From NCBI GenBank assembly GCA_964016885.1, contig OZ024740.1, positions 224,068,001-224,132,000 of the forward strand: 64,000 nt of DNA, given 5' to 3'. Position 1 is the first letter of the stretch; each line of letters begins with the position of its first letter. A model generated the notes under the pieces. The model was not told where the DNA came from, searched no databases, and was given only the letters and a program-made list of their open reading frames with translations. This DNA is from Eledone cirrhosa. Lineage: Eukaryota. This document shows, piece by piece, positions 1-13,192 of the stretch. The translations under genes were made by a program, and so were the position numbers.

Positions 1-798
1 CTTGAAAAAATCGGGTGGTGGTTTCAGGGAAACTCTATTTGCGCTTCTTGTCACCATGGTCCTTGCGACTGCCATCTCCTCCTCTGTGACTAACACTGTC
101 TCGATATTTCGGGCGACTCCTGCAAGAGAAATGGCCCCTTTTCAGCAGCACCACCATTGCTGCCGCTACTGGTCTTACTGGTGGTGCTGAGATCGCTATT
201 ACAGTAATAAGTGGACAGACAGGCAAATAATTTCACCACCAACACCATCACCACTACCACGCCAAAAACTCTAGTCAAGTTACCTCAACTTCTATTTCTA
301 CTTCAACTTCAACACCATCACTACAGTACTACGATCACATCACCACCACCACTGCCTCATTGTCGCTACCGCCGCTATTCTCTCCCACTACTTCCTGCTA
401 AGTACTACTAGCACAGCACCACCACCACTTCCTCATTATCGCTACCGCCTATATTCTCTCCCACTACCTCCTGCTAAGGCAAGCATCGTAGTTTTCTCCA
501 CTAACAGAGGAAGGCATCAAAAGATATAAATTAGAATGATTTGATAACCCGGTCAAAAAATCAAAAAACCAAAAATCTAAATCAAAACAGCACAGCAGCA
601 ACTAAAAATGTAAAGAAAAGAAAAAAGAAAAGAAAAACAAACAGACAGACAGAGAATGAAAAAAAAAACTAAGTCAAACATTCAACAATTACATTACAAT
701 GAAACTTATGTTTATTATTTTTTGTTTTGTTTTTACCTATTTATTTGTTTGTTTATTTATGTTTGTCTACAGCGTGCCACACTAAAATCACCGGTGGT

Positions 799-3754
799 TA
801 TGTAACCATACAATCACCAATCCTCGAAAAGAGTGTTTAAATGTGGAACATAAACAATTAGAATAACGGTGAAGTGGAGACTGGAATGTCATGTGACAGA
901 CTCTCACCCAGCAGGTGCTCCCTGGCTCAACAGCAGGGACCTGATAGTGGGAAACCTATGAACCTAAGATTTGTAGACAGGAAAAAGTTAAAAGAAACAA
1001 CAGCTAACGTAAACAACGTCATCCCATACCTTGAGGCGAGGAGCCTTCACCAGTGCAACAATATCCTCAAAGCAACAGCAAATACGGTGAGGAAATTACT
1101 TGGCATAAAAGCGAGAGGAAACAACAAACAAGCAAGATCAGAACCTTGGTGGAAGAAACGACTGAATGGTCAAATCAGGGAAATGAGAAATGACACTGGA
1201 AAGCTTGAGTCCCTACTAAATGGGACACTAAAAAACATAGACACTAAAAATAGACTGGAAATAAAGTACAAAACTAGGAGGAAAAAGCTAAATATTATCA
1301 TAGAGGAACTGATGCAACGCATTGTAGTAAAGTGTGCAAAAATTAGGCGATACGAGAGCAGAATCAGTCAGTATAGACAGAACCGCATGTTTGACAACAG
1401 CCAGAAGATGTTGTTTGGACAGCTTGAAGGGAAAGAAAGAGGCAACGACTTGATCCCTGAGGCGGAACAAACTAAGACATTCTGGAGAGGAATATGGGAG
1501 CAGGATGTTGAACATAATGATCAGGCAGTGTGGATTGAGACTGTACAAAAGGAGATTAATGAACAGGCACACCAACAAACTGATTTGAGTATCACAGTTG
1601 AAACTCTTAAGGGGCAGGCCAGAAAAATAACCAACTGGAAATCACCAGGCCCAGATGGTGTGCAGGGGTATTGGATTAAAAATATAACATCCCTCCACCC
1701 GAAACTGACAACCATGTTCAATGACTGCTTGATGTCAGGTGAGGTACCAGAGTGGTTGACAAAAGGTACCACAGTTCTGGCAATGAAAGACCGAATCAAG
1801 GGTAATGATGTTACCAACTATAGACCTATCACATGTCTGTCCGTAATTTGGAAACTATTGACAAGCATTGTGTCAGAGGAAATCTACCATCACCTCCACA
1901 CAAACAACTTGTTACCGGACGAACAGAAAGGATGCCGAAAGAAGTCCCGTGGTACAAAGGACCAGTTACTAATGATAAGATGGTAATGAGGAATTGCAAG
2001 AGGAGACACATTGGTCTTGCCATGGCAGGGATAGATAAGAAAAAGGCATTTGACATGGTGCCACATTCTTGGATCACCAAAAGCCTAGAGATCTTCGAGG
2101 TGGCAGATAACATTAGACAGTTGTTGGGCAAAAGTATGAAGTCCTGGAAAACAGAGTTAACATCAGCTGGAGAATCCTTGGGAGGCGTGAAGATCAAGAG
2201 AAGTATCTTCCAGGGAGATAGTCTGTCCCGTCTGTTGTTTGTCCTTGCCCTGATGCCCCTGACAATTATACTGCGAAAAGTGAGAGCAGGATACAAGTTG
2301 GGAAAGGGAGAGCTTAACATCAATCACCTCCTCTTCATGGACGATCTTAAGCTCTTCGGGAAGAGTGAGAAGGAGTTGGATGTGCTTGTTGACAGTGTCC
2401 GTATTTTCAGCAAGCTATATGTATGCAATTTGGTATTAGTAAGTGTGGAGTCCTAGTGATGAAGAGGGGTAAATTGAGCAGAAGCAACGGAATCCACGTA
2501 CCAACAGGTGAGATGATAAAGGAAATTGACACTGAAGAAAGATTTGGGTGTTCTGGAGGCTGATGACATCAATAACAACAAAATGAAGGAACTGATAAGG
2601 TACAGTGCGGGAATTCTGAAATGGAATGTTGCTGAACAAAAAGAGATGGATAGGAAACCTAGGAAGCTATTGCTTATCTACATGTTCGTTCCACAAGAGG
2701 AATGATGTCGATAGATTCTACTTAAGGAGATCTGAAGGTGGAAGAGGTCTTATCAGCATAGAGGACTGTGTTCAGATGGAGAAAAACATCCTACACAAAT
2801 ACGTGAGTGATAATAAGGAGCCAATGCTCAGAATTGTACTGAAGGAGAGGACAATAGACCAGGGGATGTCCAAGGAGGAAATAACAACAAGGAGAAAGAG
2901 CAGCCTTCATGAAAAACCCCTTCATAGTACCTTCTTTGAGAAAACTGAATTCAGAGATCCACAGACATGGAACTGGTTGAAAAGCGGAGACCTTAACAAG
3001 ACTACAGAAGGAATGCTAATAGCTGCGCAAGAGCAGGCTCTCAAAACGAAGTGGTTGAAACACCATATTTACAAGGAGGAGGCTAGCCCACTGTGCAGGA
3101 TCTGTGGAGAGAGAGAGGAGACTGTGGCTCACATCGTATCCGAGTGTAAACACCTAGCCCAGACTCACTATGAAGGCTGGAGACATGATGTGATGGGCAG
3201 GGTGATCCACTGACACCTATGCAAAGTAAACAATTTACCACATTCTGAGAAGTGGTATGAGCATAAGCCAGAATCGGTGATAGAAAACGATCAGGTAAAG
3301 GTGCTGTGGGATTTTAGGATACAGACGGACAAGAAACTGGAACACAATAGACCTGACCTGGTGGTTTTGGGCAAGGAAAAAAGATCGTGCCTGATTGTGT
3401 ATGTAGCCTGCCCATTCGACACGAGAGTTCAAGAGAAGGAGAGGGAGAAAATTAACCGATACCAGGACTTAAAGTGGGAGGTGAAAAGGATTTGGAACTG
3501 CAATGAAGTCAAAGTGGTCCCGATTGTCATAGGCGCACTAGGTACTATCTCAAAGAGTTTCCAGGGATGGTTAAAGAAAATTGGCCCCGCCCCGCTTTTT
3601 GGAACGCTTCAAAAGGCATGCTTGCTGGGAACAGCAAGAAGCCTCCGATACGTCCTGTATATCTGAGGCTGCAGGTAGTGGCTTGATATTCATTTCAACA
3701 AACTTTCCAGTAAACTAACATCAATGACTGAGACTCAAAAACAATAATAATAAC
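799..3754 (+). mobile_element. R4/Dong-clade non-LTR retrotransposon (RT + RLE endonuclease), decayed, copy 1
   Basis: ORF fragments 874-1986, 1833-2456, 2626-3213 and 3277-3666 carry RT motifs (NWKSPGPDG, NYRPITCL, KAFD, IFQGDSLS, LFMDDLK), a CCHC knuckle (CRICGEREETVAHIVSEC), RHD and an RLE-type RPDLVV..KINRYQDL segment. It ends in an (AAT)n tail at ~3743-3754 and has frameshifts and stops. Confidence 0.92.
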
Positions 3755-4460
3755 AACATCAGACAGTTGTTGAGCAAAAGTATGAAGTCCTGGAAAACAG
3801 AGTTAACATCGGGCGGGGAATCCTTTGGAGGCGTGAAGATCAAGAGAGGTATCTTCCAGGGAGATAGTTTGTCCCCTCTGTTGTTTGTCCTTGCCCTGAT
3901 CCCCCTGACCATTATACTGCGAAAAGTGAGAGCAGGATACAAGTTGGGAAAGGGAGAGCTTACCATCAATCACCTCCTCTTCATGGACGATCTTAAGCTC
4001 TTCGGGAAGAGTGAGGGGGAGTTGTATGTGCTTGATGACACTGTCCGTATTTTCAGCAATGATATGTGATTGCAATTTGGTATTAGTAAGTGTGGAGTCT
4101 TTGTGATGAAGAGGGGTAAATTGAGTAGAAGTAACGGAATCCAGATACCAACAGGTGAGATGATAAAGGAAATTGTCTCTGAGGAAGGATACAAATATTT
4201 GGGCGTTCTGGAGGCTGATTATATCAAGAACAAAAAAATGAAGGAACTGATAAGATCTGAATACTTTCGGAGGGTAAGGAACGTATTAAAGTCACATCTG
4301 AACAGTAGGAATGCCATAAGTGCAGTAAATTCCCGAGCTGTGTCTATTATTAGGTACAGTGCGGGAATTCTGAGATGGAATGTTGCTGAACAAAAAGAAA
4401 TGGATAGGAAGACTAGGAAGCTATTGACTATCTACAATATGTTCCACAAGAGGAGTGATG
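3755..4460 (+). mobile_element. R4/Dong internal RT fragment, copy 2 (truncated at both ends)
   Basis: Near-identical to 2109-2707 of copy 1 (IFQGDSLSPLLF, FMDDLK, YKYLGVLE). Begins directly in the copy-1 tail and ends abruptly at Tx1 sequence. Confidence 0.9.
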
Positions 4461-6937
4461 AAACCAGAAGCACAAGCCTACGCACCGATCTTCGGCGGCT
4501 ATGCTGTATACGCATCTTCCAACTGTCCAGGATCGGGGGGAAGTGTTGCCGTCCTTTTTCGGAGAGGCTTGGATCTCGCGATACGGGCCATCTTCCTGGA
4601 CCCAGAAGGTAATTCGGTGGTGCTGGACGTGACCGGCAGCGAAGGCAATGCTTTCAGGCTAGTAGCCGTCTACACCGCAACAGGGGCAGGACGGCCAGAT
4701 TTCTTCAGACGTCTAGAGACCTTTCTTGGAACGTCCCGCTCTTTAGTATTAGTTGGCGACTCGAACGGTATCTTGGATGCACGCTGGGATCGTGTGGGGC
4801 TAGTGGATAGGGGAGGAGGTTGCAAGAGCCTCACCAACCTGCTAAGACGTTTTGAACTGTCTGACAGGTATCGACTGGATCACCCGAATGTGCCAATGTG
4901 GACATGGACAAACTGCATCGGGTCATCCAGATCGTATCACGATAGGGTATTCTGCAGAGAAGTAGATAAGGCTAGTATAAGTTGTCCACAATTTAAAATA
5001 GTCGACTACACAGACCACAAATTTGTGATCTGTGAGATCGACATAGACACATTCCATAGACAAGGGCCTGGTTACTGGAAGCTGAACGCGTCTTTCCCGC
5101 TGCGCAAAGCCTACAGAGACCGGATTAGCGTATTAGTTAAGCGGGCGTTGACGGGAGCGGTCGTCAACAACAGGTGGTGGTTTGCCCTGAAAAGGGCAAT
5201 TAAAGTATAGTCGATTAGGTTTAGCAGAGGAGTAGTGATAGAAGAAAATAGAGTAGAGGTAGAGCTAGTCAGAAAGCTAGAAGAGACGTTTAAGACAGGC
5301 ATCGCAACCGACATGCTTGCGGCGAGATTGGCACTCGACCAATTTTTCAACGCAAAACACGAAGGCTGCGTTGTCAGAGCTAGAGCGCGTGCTCTGAAAC
5401 ACGAGGGGACAAAAGCCGTCCAAAGGGCCCGGGTGGCAGAGGCGCGACGTGGCAACAAAGCCACAATTCGGTCTTTGCCTGACCAAAACGGGTGCGTGAT
5501 GCTTGAACCCGACCGGATGTGTGAAGCTTTTCATCAGCACTTTGATGAACTGTTTGGGAGCGGCAGAGGCCCGGATCGGGGCATGGACTTCAGTGTATAC
5601 ATCGACGGACTGCCTCGGCTCTCGCCGACCGCAGCACAGTGTTGCGAAAAGCCAATAACAGCCGGTGAAATACGGGAAGCGATGGCTAACTGCACAAGGG
5701 GTAAATCACCAGGTTTGGATGGTCTGCCCTACGAGCTTTATGCATTTATGCCAGACTTGTTCGGTGACCTCTTGGCAGACGTCTACTGCAACTGGGAGCA
5801 TAATGGGAGCATTCCCAGTTTTGTGAGCCGGGGAGAACTGGCGCTGCTGAGAAAAGACCCGAACAAGGGGGATGTTATTGATAATTTCAGGCCCATAACT
5901 CTGCTAAACACAGAGTTCAAGATTTTGGCCAAGGTGTTAGCAACGAGGTTGGCGCTTGTCGTCAAGTGTCTGGTGGGAGAGGGGCAGACATGCACCATTC
6001 CGGACAGATCCATACACGACAACCTCCACCTCATGCGATACATCATAGAGAGGGTGTTTAAGGAACCTGCAAGGGTGGGGTCAAGATCAACTTGGATCAA
6101 TCCAAAGCATTCGATAGGGTCGACCATCGGTTCCTGGCGGCGGTCCTCGAGGCAGCCGGTTTCGGGCCCGTTTTCAGGCGTTAGATCGCAGCAACGTACA
6201 GCAACATCTGCTCAGTTGTGAGGGTGAACGGTCACCTGTCGCAGCCGTTCAGCATCATGCGATCAGTCCGCCAGGGTTGTCCCCTCTCGTCCCTCTTGTA
6301 CGTATTGGTTCTGGAGCCGTTACTGCACAAACTGGGGGCGATGAGGGGCGTCCCACGCGAACTAGGATGCGGGAAATCCGAGTCGTCTTACGCTGACGAC
6401 GTCACCGTGGTGGTGTCGAGCACCAGACACGTCCAGATGCTCGGCACCGCTCTCAAGGAATACGAAGCGGTGACAGGAGCAAAGATAAACCAGGAAAAGT
6501 CGGTGGGCTTGCAGCTAGGCACCTGGAGAGGCATGTCCATGCCGTCCGACAGCGTCGTGGGGCGTTGGATGGACGGACGGACCGGTTAAATTGCTCGGGT
6601 TTTGGTTCGGACCGGGCCTCCAGATGGAGAAAAACTGGAACGAGGTGACGAGCAGGGTTGCCTCCCTCACCCAGAAATGGGCTGAGAGGAAGCTGTCCCT
6701 GAAAGGCCGGGCGGAAGTGGCAAATGCGTACATCGCATCCGTCATCTGCTACCGCCTCACCGTCGTCCCTTTGTTTCAATTTTCATTTTATTGTTTATAT
6801 ATATATATGTTTTATGTTTTTTTTTTCTTTTCTTATATAAATAATAAAAATATTTACACGCACATAACCCACATCGTACCGTCCTGTTCCGTCTGTGATG
6901 TTTTTCTTGATGTCAGCCCTTGTGGCCAATAAAGAAA

Positions 6938-6939
<2 letters not shown>
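4461..6939 (+). mobile_element. Tx1 (L1-clade) LINE ORF2 (APE + RT), 5'-truncated and internally deleted, copy 1
   Basis: APE motifs (LVGDSN, TDHKFV, GYWKLNAS) and RT motifs (GKSPGLDGLPYELY, FRPITLLN, SIHDNL, VRQGCPLS, YADDV, LSLKGR). Jumps from coding sequence to 3' UTR at ~6772. AATAAA precedes an (ATT)n tail. Confidence 0.9.
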
Positions 6940-7010
<71 letters not shown>

Positions 7011-7023
7011 CATTATTACTATT
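6940..7023. repeat. (ATT)n microsatellite / Tx1 tail
   Basis: Directly visible run of ATT units. Confidence 0.95.
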
Positions 7024-7292
7024 CCTTTCATTCCTTACATTAAACTACAACTATGTTGACAATCTTTAAATAATGTCTACTTTGTGAAATTTGTGGTCTT
7101 GTTTTGCTTAACTAATGAATATTTCCAGCTCTTTGTACCTAATCTCTGCATGAACCCAGCCATCTAGCTGCATTCCACTGCATATTGCACATTGAGCACA
7201 TGCCTTTACGGTTTTGGCTTCTAACAAATTCACCTATCTCTCTTCTCCTCTCCTATCCGTATCTCTCTCTTTAAGATTGGTTTACTCTTGAA

Positions 7293-7328
<36 letters not shown>

Positions 7329-8324
7329 CGTTTCTGAATTTGTTTGTCAACATGACCCTCCCAAAGTATAACAATATATATATGAATTCCATGTGCGTTT
7401 TTTCAACCTGGGTTATGCCTTTCATTCGTTCGGACAAAAGCTCGTTGAGGAAGTAAATTCCGGTCCGCTGGCTTCTAGAAGTCTTATATATTTTTATGTG
7501 AGCTGATAGAGGGCAGTTTAAGGATTTACAGAAACCCAAGAAGCTAGATTTACCATCTTTCTAGCGGGTCCGGGTATGCTTTTTACATTCATTTGATTTA
7601 TTGATTTATTGATATTTTATCTGAGTGTCCCGAATCTTCCAGATCCCAATTTTTCGGTCGTATGTTTGATTATCGACATGTTCTATGTGTGACGGTATTT
7701 TAACGATAGTTATAGCTCTGATTTATCTGAATTATTGAGCCCTCTGCCGCTCATTTCGAATTTTGTTTATCGTGAACTCGTGCGCCGATTTTTCGATACT
7801 CGATTATTCTACTATATATATATATACAGAGAGATAGAGAGCGAGAAAGAATTAGTTTGCCATCAAATTATCAAACCATACTCGAGGATGTGCATTTCAC
7901 CACCAGTATTTTCAACCCTTTATGGCTGCAGTAAGAATGGAAATATATATATGAGCTGACTGGATTCTGCCCGGCAGGTGATGGTACATTTGTGATGAGG
8001 GAGACAACTTCTCTTGCAGGGGAGTCAATTTTCGTTTTAGTTTGTACATTCCTGGTAAAACTTATGGTTATCCCGCATCGTTCCAGTTATGTAACAGATA
8101 CTTCGCAGCCGATGGACAGCAAGTACTATTAAGTAACCTCTGCAAGATATTCACTCTTTCATCAGTACACAGCTCACAGGATACTGCTCTACTTCCCTAT
8201 GGCCTGGATTTTACTAGAACTTGCCATTGAATGGAGAAATTCACATCTGTCTCATTTGGACTGACTGCTATACCTACTACAGATATAACCTCCCACTTTT
8301 TTACCACTACATACACACACACAT

Positions 8325-8382
<58 letters not shown>

Positions 8383-9003
8383 TATATATCCGATATCTGC
8401 ATTGCTTTATTGTACTACAATAAAACTCACCTCCTACATTATATATATATATATATATTTTTTTTTAAATTTCTTAGCCATATTTTGATTTTAATAAACA
8501 TACCAACTTTGAACACTAACTACTAGCAATTGTATGTTGAACTGAATTTAGCATCTGTATATTGTAAATAATCAATAGATTAGTTAAAATATGTAGTAAT
8601 ATTACAATAATTTACATAAATTTCATGTTTTTTATGTTCTTTTTGGAATAAGTTTACTTAATAGTAAGCATGCTTGGGCTTCAGAACCATTGAAAGACCA
8701 TGCCAGTGCTGGGGATTTGGAGTCACAAGCATGTTTCATACACATGTTATAACATTACTGTGGGTCTTTTGATTTGCTGCAGATTGCCAGCTTCATCTGT
8801 TACAATATCTTTCTGGTGTATGTGTATAGAATTTATTAATCTAAATTTGATAAAAACTTTCTGTGGTTAATCAAACCAGAATATTCCTCTACTGCTGCCA
8901 TGTTTTGAAGTCTTAAACAAAATATTAGTCCAAATTTTATGAGACAAAGTGTATCAAATACATTCATTCACACAACAATAATATTTGTAGGCATATCTTG
9001 ATA

Positions 9004-9095
9004 ACTTTGCCTTTCATCCTTACGGGGTCGATAAAATAAAGTAACAGTAATGTACTGGGTAATTGCTGGCCTTGTGCCAAAAGTAGAAACAATTA
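9004..9095 (+). mobile_element. 5'-truncated tRNA-derived SINE (family A)
   Basis: ctttgcctttcatccttacggggtcgataaaataaagta...ggccttgtgccaaaagtagaaacaatt matches the 3' half of the copies at 18753 and 24735. Confidence 0.85.
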
Positions 9096-10856
9096 TATGT
9101 GGTTTTATTTTGACTGATCTGTATTTATTTCATTGTGTGCCAAATATTTCAGAATATTGAGTGTAGCATTGCTCCTTTACTATAAATAAACCTGTTAGAC
9201 ACAACATGGATAACAGCTGCAATTTGTAGAATCATGGTGAGAATTCAGGGTTAAACATTTGTCTTATATATGATAGCTATATCAATATTTTATGTGCTGA
9301 TATGTTTTAGTGTTATAAACTGTTGTAAAGCTATAAGGCCAGATGTACTGCTAAGGTTTCAATGCTATATGTTAAGTTCTGGTGATTTAAATTGTTTTTA
9401 TTGATCTTCATGTTAGTTACATATTTTAACATTATGTGTTTATACTGCAATCTTCTACTTTATGTCTTGTGTTTTGGTAATTTCTTCTCATAGATCTTGT
9501 TTGGAGTCAATATTATTTAGCATAGTTGTGAATAATCTCTTTTACTCTACATAATATATTTTGAAGCCATACTGACGTTTTGAGAGCACTGGTATTCGTA
9601 AGCACCAAATATGGCAAGGATCATGTTTGTTGACAACTTATAATGCATCACAAATTATAGGCCTTCAACATATTGTAAAACAATCAACTTCTGATGGATA
9701 TATTCATCCATTACATAATAGATTAATTGCAATACCATTTTGTGATGTATTTTAAAGAAATCATTATAATCATTAGACATTGGACAAAATGCATTGTGTT
9801 ATTTGGCCTGGCTTACTATACTGTCAGTTCAAATGCTGCTCAGTCAAAATCTGCTTTTTATCCAAACAGAGCTAATAAAATAAAGTACCAGTCCAGAAGA
9901 GTGGTTTATCAGAAGTGTTAGAGTGCCAGATTGGATGTGTTTAGAATTTGTTCAGCTCTGTGCACACAGTAGTCATCTGCTGAGAAGAGTAATATCTCTG
10001 AAATTCATAAAGTTAATCTCATATATCCTGGTGTGCATGTACAGAAGAAAGGGTCTTAATACATAAACTTTAGTTATATCATCATTAAATTTACCTTAAA
10101 TCATCTAATACATGGTGTGGTCTATCATAAATATCTATTGTTTAATATACATATACATATGTGCATGTTTGTATACTGTTCTGATGATGGATCTGTGAAA
10201 TCAAATACAATCATCATCATGCCTAATGTATACATTGCTGAAACCACTTGGCTTCACATTCAGGATCATATCCCTCTCTATACCCACTCTGTATCTCCCC
10301 ATGGATTGAGTTATTCCATTTTATTTATGGTCTTCCCAGTCTCAGCCCTGCAGACTTTCTCATTTTTGTTTCACTCTCTCTCTCTCTATCTCTCTCTGTA
10401 TATATATATATGTATATATAACCGGCTGCTATTTTAACGGCACGAGTATGGGATGAGCTAGGCGCTGTGACACATGTGCGTTCAACAACACATTTCTCTC
10501 AGTGTTCTTAAGTATTTTGAAATGAAACTTACCAATTTCTGGAAACCTGCAGAAGAGCACAGGAATAGGAACTTTCACTTAATTGTTGCGAAACAAATTT
10601 AAAATTTAAAATTTGTCCGGGTATCACGCCTATTGCCAATATAGGTTTGTTTTTATTTATTTATTATTTTAAATCGAGACAGGCAAACCGTATTATTTTA
10701 ATTAGTATTGTTCAATCTAGCTAACTTGGTCATTTGCAATGCGAACACATGTATACAGTGTTTATCCCTATCATATATTCATTTGTATTACACGGCTTGG
10801 AAATATTCCTTTCTTTGAGCTATTTAATTGTAAAAGACTATTTGAGTTTATAACTC

Positions 10857-10914
<58 letters not shown>

Positions 10915-11000
10915 GTAATAATAATAAATTTGAAGACTAAAAGCAGCGATTCTTTGCTTAAACTTTAATCTGTTATTTTAATAAATATATATATATATAT

Positions 11001-11710
11001 ATAATACATTATGAAGAGAGAAGAAACATTAGATATAATTAGGGAAATATGTGGATATATTCATGTGTATGTATGTGTCTGCATTTATCTGTGTTTCTCT
11101 CTATATATCGTTTATAACTCCCTTTGGTCGAGTAACCTTTGAAGTGTAGTGACTGCTGGATAGCTACCATTACTCATACTTCTCGCCTCCTCAAACCACC
11201 TCTTCTACGGCTTTGATATAAATACCCCCTCTGCCCCCGTTGTATTTTTTCAGGGTTATAAGGGGCCTAGCTCTGTTTCTTGACCGCTGTATCACGTGAC
11301 TGACTCTCTCTCCGCCTTTTCGAGATTCTATCTCGCGCATCACAGACGTGTTTTGAAACCCTTAATGAGGTATCCTCTTGATAAGTCGCAGAACCTCACA
11401 AAAACTCTATATCTCTATGATGTAGTGTTTTTGCATAATATGCCCCAAAACTACGTAGTCGGGGACTATAGAAGCAGCTTAGGTATGATATATCTTATTA
11501 CTAATTATAGCTAATGTTTCTTCTCTCTTCATAATGTATTATATAGCTCTGATACTGAATCAGTCTAATCCATTCGGATTGGTTTGTCCCAGTTATTCAT
11601 AGAGCAACATCGGTTGAGGTTGGTACCACTAACTCAGGGATATATCTGGATATATTCATGTGTATCTATGTGTCCGTATGTATCTGTGTGTTTCTCTCTA
11701 TATATTGTAT
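11001..11710 (+). mobile_element. Non-autonomous Penelope-like (pLTR-derived) element within (TA)n
   Basis: Inverted repeat 11001-11042/11501-11542, direct repeat 11041-11110/11636-11709, degenerate hammerhead 11407-11471, (TA)n on both sides. Confidence 0.55.
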
Positions 11711-11722
11711 ATATATATATCT

Positions 11723-11765
<43 letters not shown>

Positions 11766-11790
11766 GTGGCGGGGTAGTATACATATATAT

Positions 11791-11924
11791 TAATTGTTTC
11801 TACTTTTGACACAAGGCCAGCAATTATACCAGTGTATTACTGGTACTTTATTTTATCGACCCCGTAAGGATGAAAGGCAAAGTTAACCTCGGCGGGATTT
11901 GAACTCAGACCATAAAGGGCCGTA
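11791..11924 (-). mobile_element. tRNA-derived SINE (family A), 5'-truncated
   Basis: Reverse complement of family A: B-box GAGTTCAAATCC, core and 3' tail. Confidence 0.85.
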
Positions 11925-12149
11925 CATATATATTAATGTTTATTAATACCACACCTTAAATGTGTTTCAGTAGCTTCCACATTGGACCATATCTGTTCTA
12001 TTTATATATAGACTTACGTTTGTACCCCTTTCTTATCACCATAGTACTCTTGCTATCATTGTCAATATCCTCATTGTCATTACACATTTCCGTCATCTTA
12101 ATATTTCTTTATGCAGTTCTTGTCCAAGCTCCTTTTGATTTTCGTTTCG

Positions 12150-12900
12150 TAAATTCTTCTCACTTAGATTCCATTCCATCAGCCAAAGATTCTTTTCTCA
12201 AGGTACAACATGAATAATAAAAGATTAATCGAAGATTCTTTCACACAGAAAGACAATAACAAAAATTTAAGTTAAAAGCTAGTGAAAATGCTGGTGATAG
12301 CTTTCCATCATGTTGTGCTCTACTTCAAGACTTCTAAAAACACTTGTTCATTTTCCACTTTTCTTTTCATTTCCATCAAATCTTCACAGCATTTACTTAT
12401 TTGTTATTTCAATTACTTTCTTATTGCACAAGTTTGTTTTTCTTCTTTCTAGTAGCAGGTTTTATTTTCATTACCATTTGTCTTTTACTTGTTGGCATTA
12501 CCAACAGTCTTTCTGCCCGCACATTATTTTTCGGAAAGAGGGCTTCCTCTTTATGATTTGTGTTTATTTTATTCAATCATTTATTTATTTATTTATTCAA
12601 GTATCTTAAATCGTTTTGACAATTCTGAAGGTGCTAGATAATCAAACAAGCTAGAATAATGTAGCTAATTCTCCATGAGCTATGAAGTAGAAGCAGAAAG
12701 GGAAGAATAAGCGTTAGTAAGATGAATCAACATGTCAGGTCTGAGCAATTTGCTAAGTGCAGTTTCTTGATACTATCAAGTTTTATTTTACCATCTTCCT
12801 TATGATATGTTTTTTATTTGCTAAACAAAACTCTTCAAAATCATAATTATCTCCAGATAATGCTGGGTGTTTGCTTTTGTTTACTAATTGAAATAATCGG
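12150..12900 (-). pseudogene. Possible highly degraded MULE-like transposase remnant
   Basis: Minus-strand conceptual peptides T*HVDS (~12730; cf. CxWHV) and NMMESYHQHF (~12300; cf. TNNxxESxH) in the expected order; very decayed. Confidence 0.3.
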
Positions 12901-13009
12901 TTGAAACTTCAAGTTTTATGTTAACATTGAAATGTTTCACTACTGCCTTTTTTCTTTACATTTTAATAATAAACTTTACATATGCGTGAGTGCATGTATT
13001 TATTTATAT

Positions 13010-13057
13010 ATATATACATACATGCATACATACACACACACACATACACACACACAC

Positions 13058-13125
<68 letters not shown>

Positions 13126-13128
13126 TGT

Positions 13129-13190
<62 letters not shown>
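13010..13190. repeat. (CA)n/(TA)n compound microsatellite
   Basis: Directly visible. Confidence 0.95.

Positions 13191-13192
<2 letters not shown>

Noticed and set aside
1288-2323. Antisense ORFs over R4 (similar ones lie over Tx1, RTE and the PLEs)
   Set aside because: Shadow frames of TE coding strands with no recognisable motifs
7071-7096. 16-nt identity with the Tx1 copy 2 3' UTR (24620-24635)
   Set aside because: Short and AT-rich with no further extension; may be chance
8110-8172. Minus-strand CTGATGA...agtactt hammerhead-like pattern
   Set aside because: GAAA is absent and stem I is weak; at best a very old remnant
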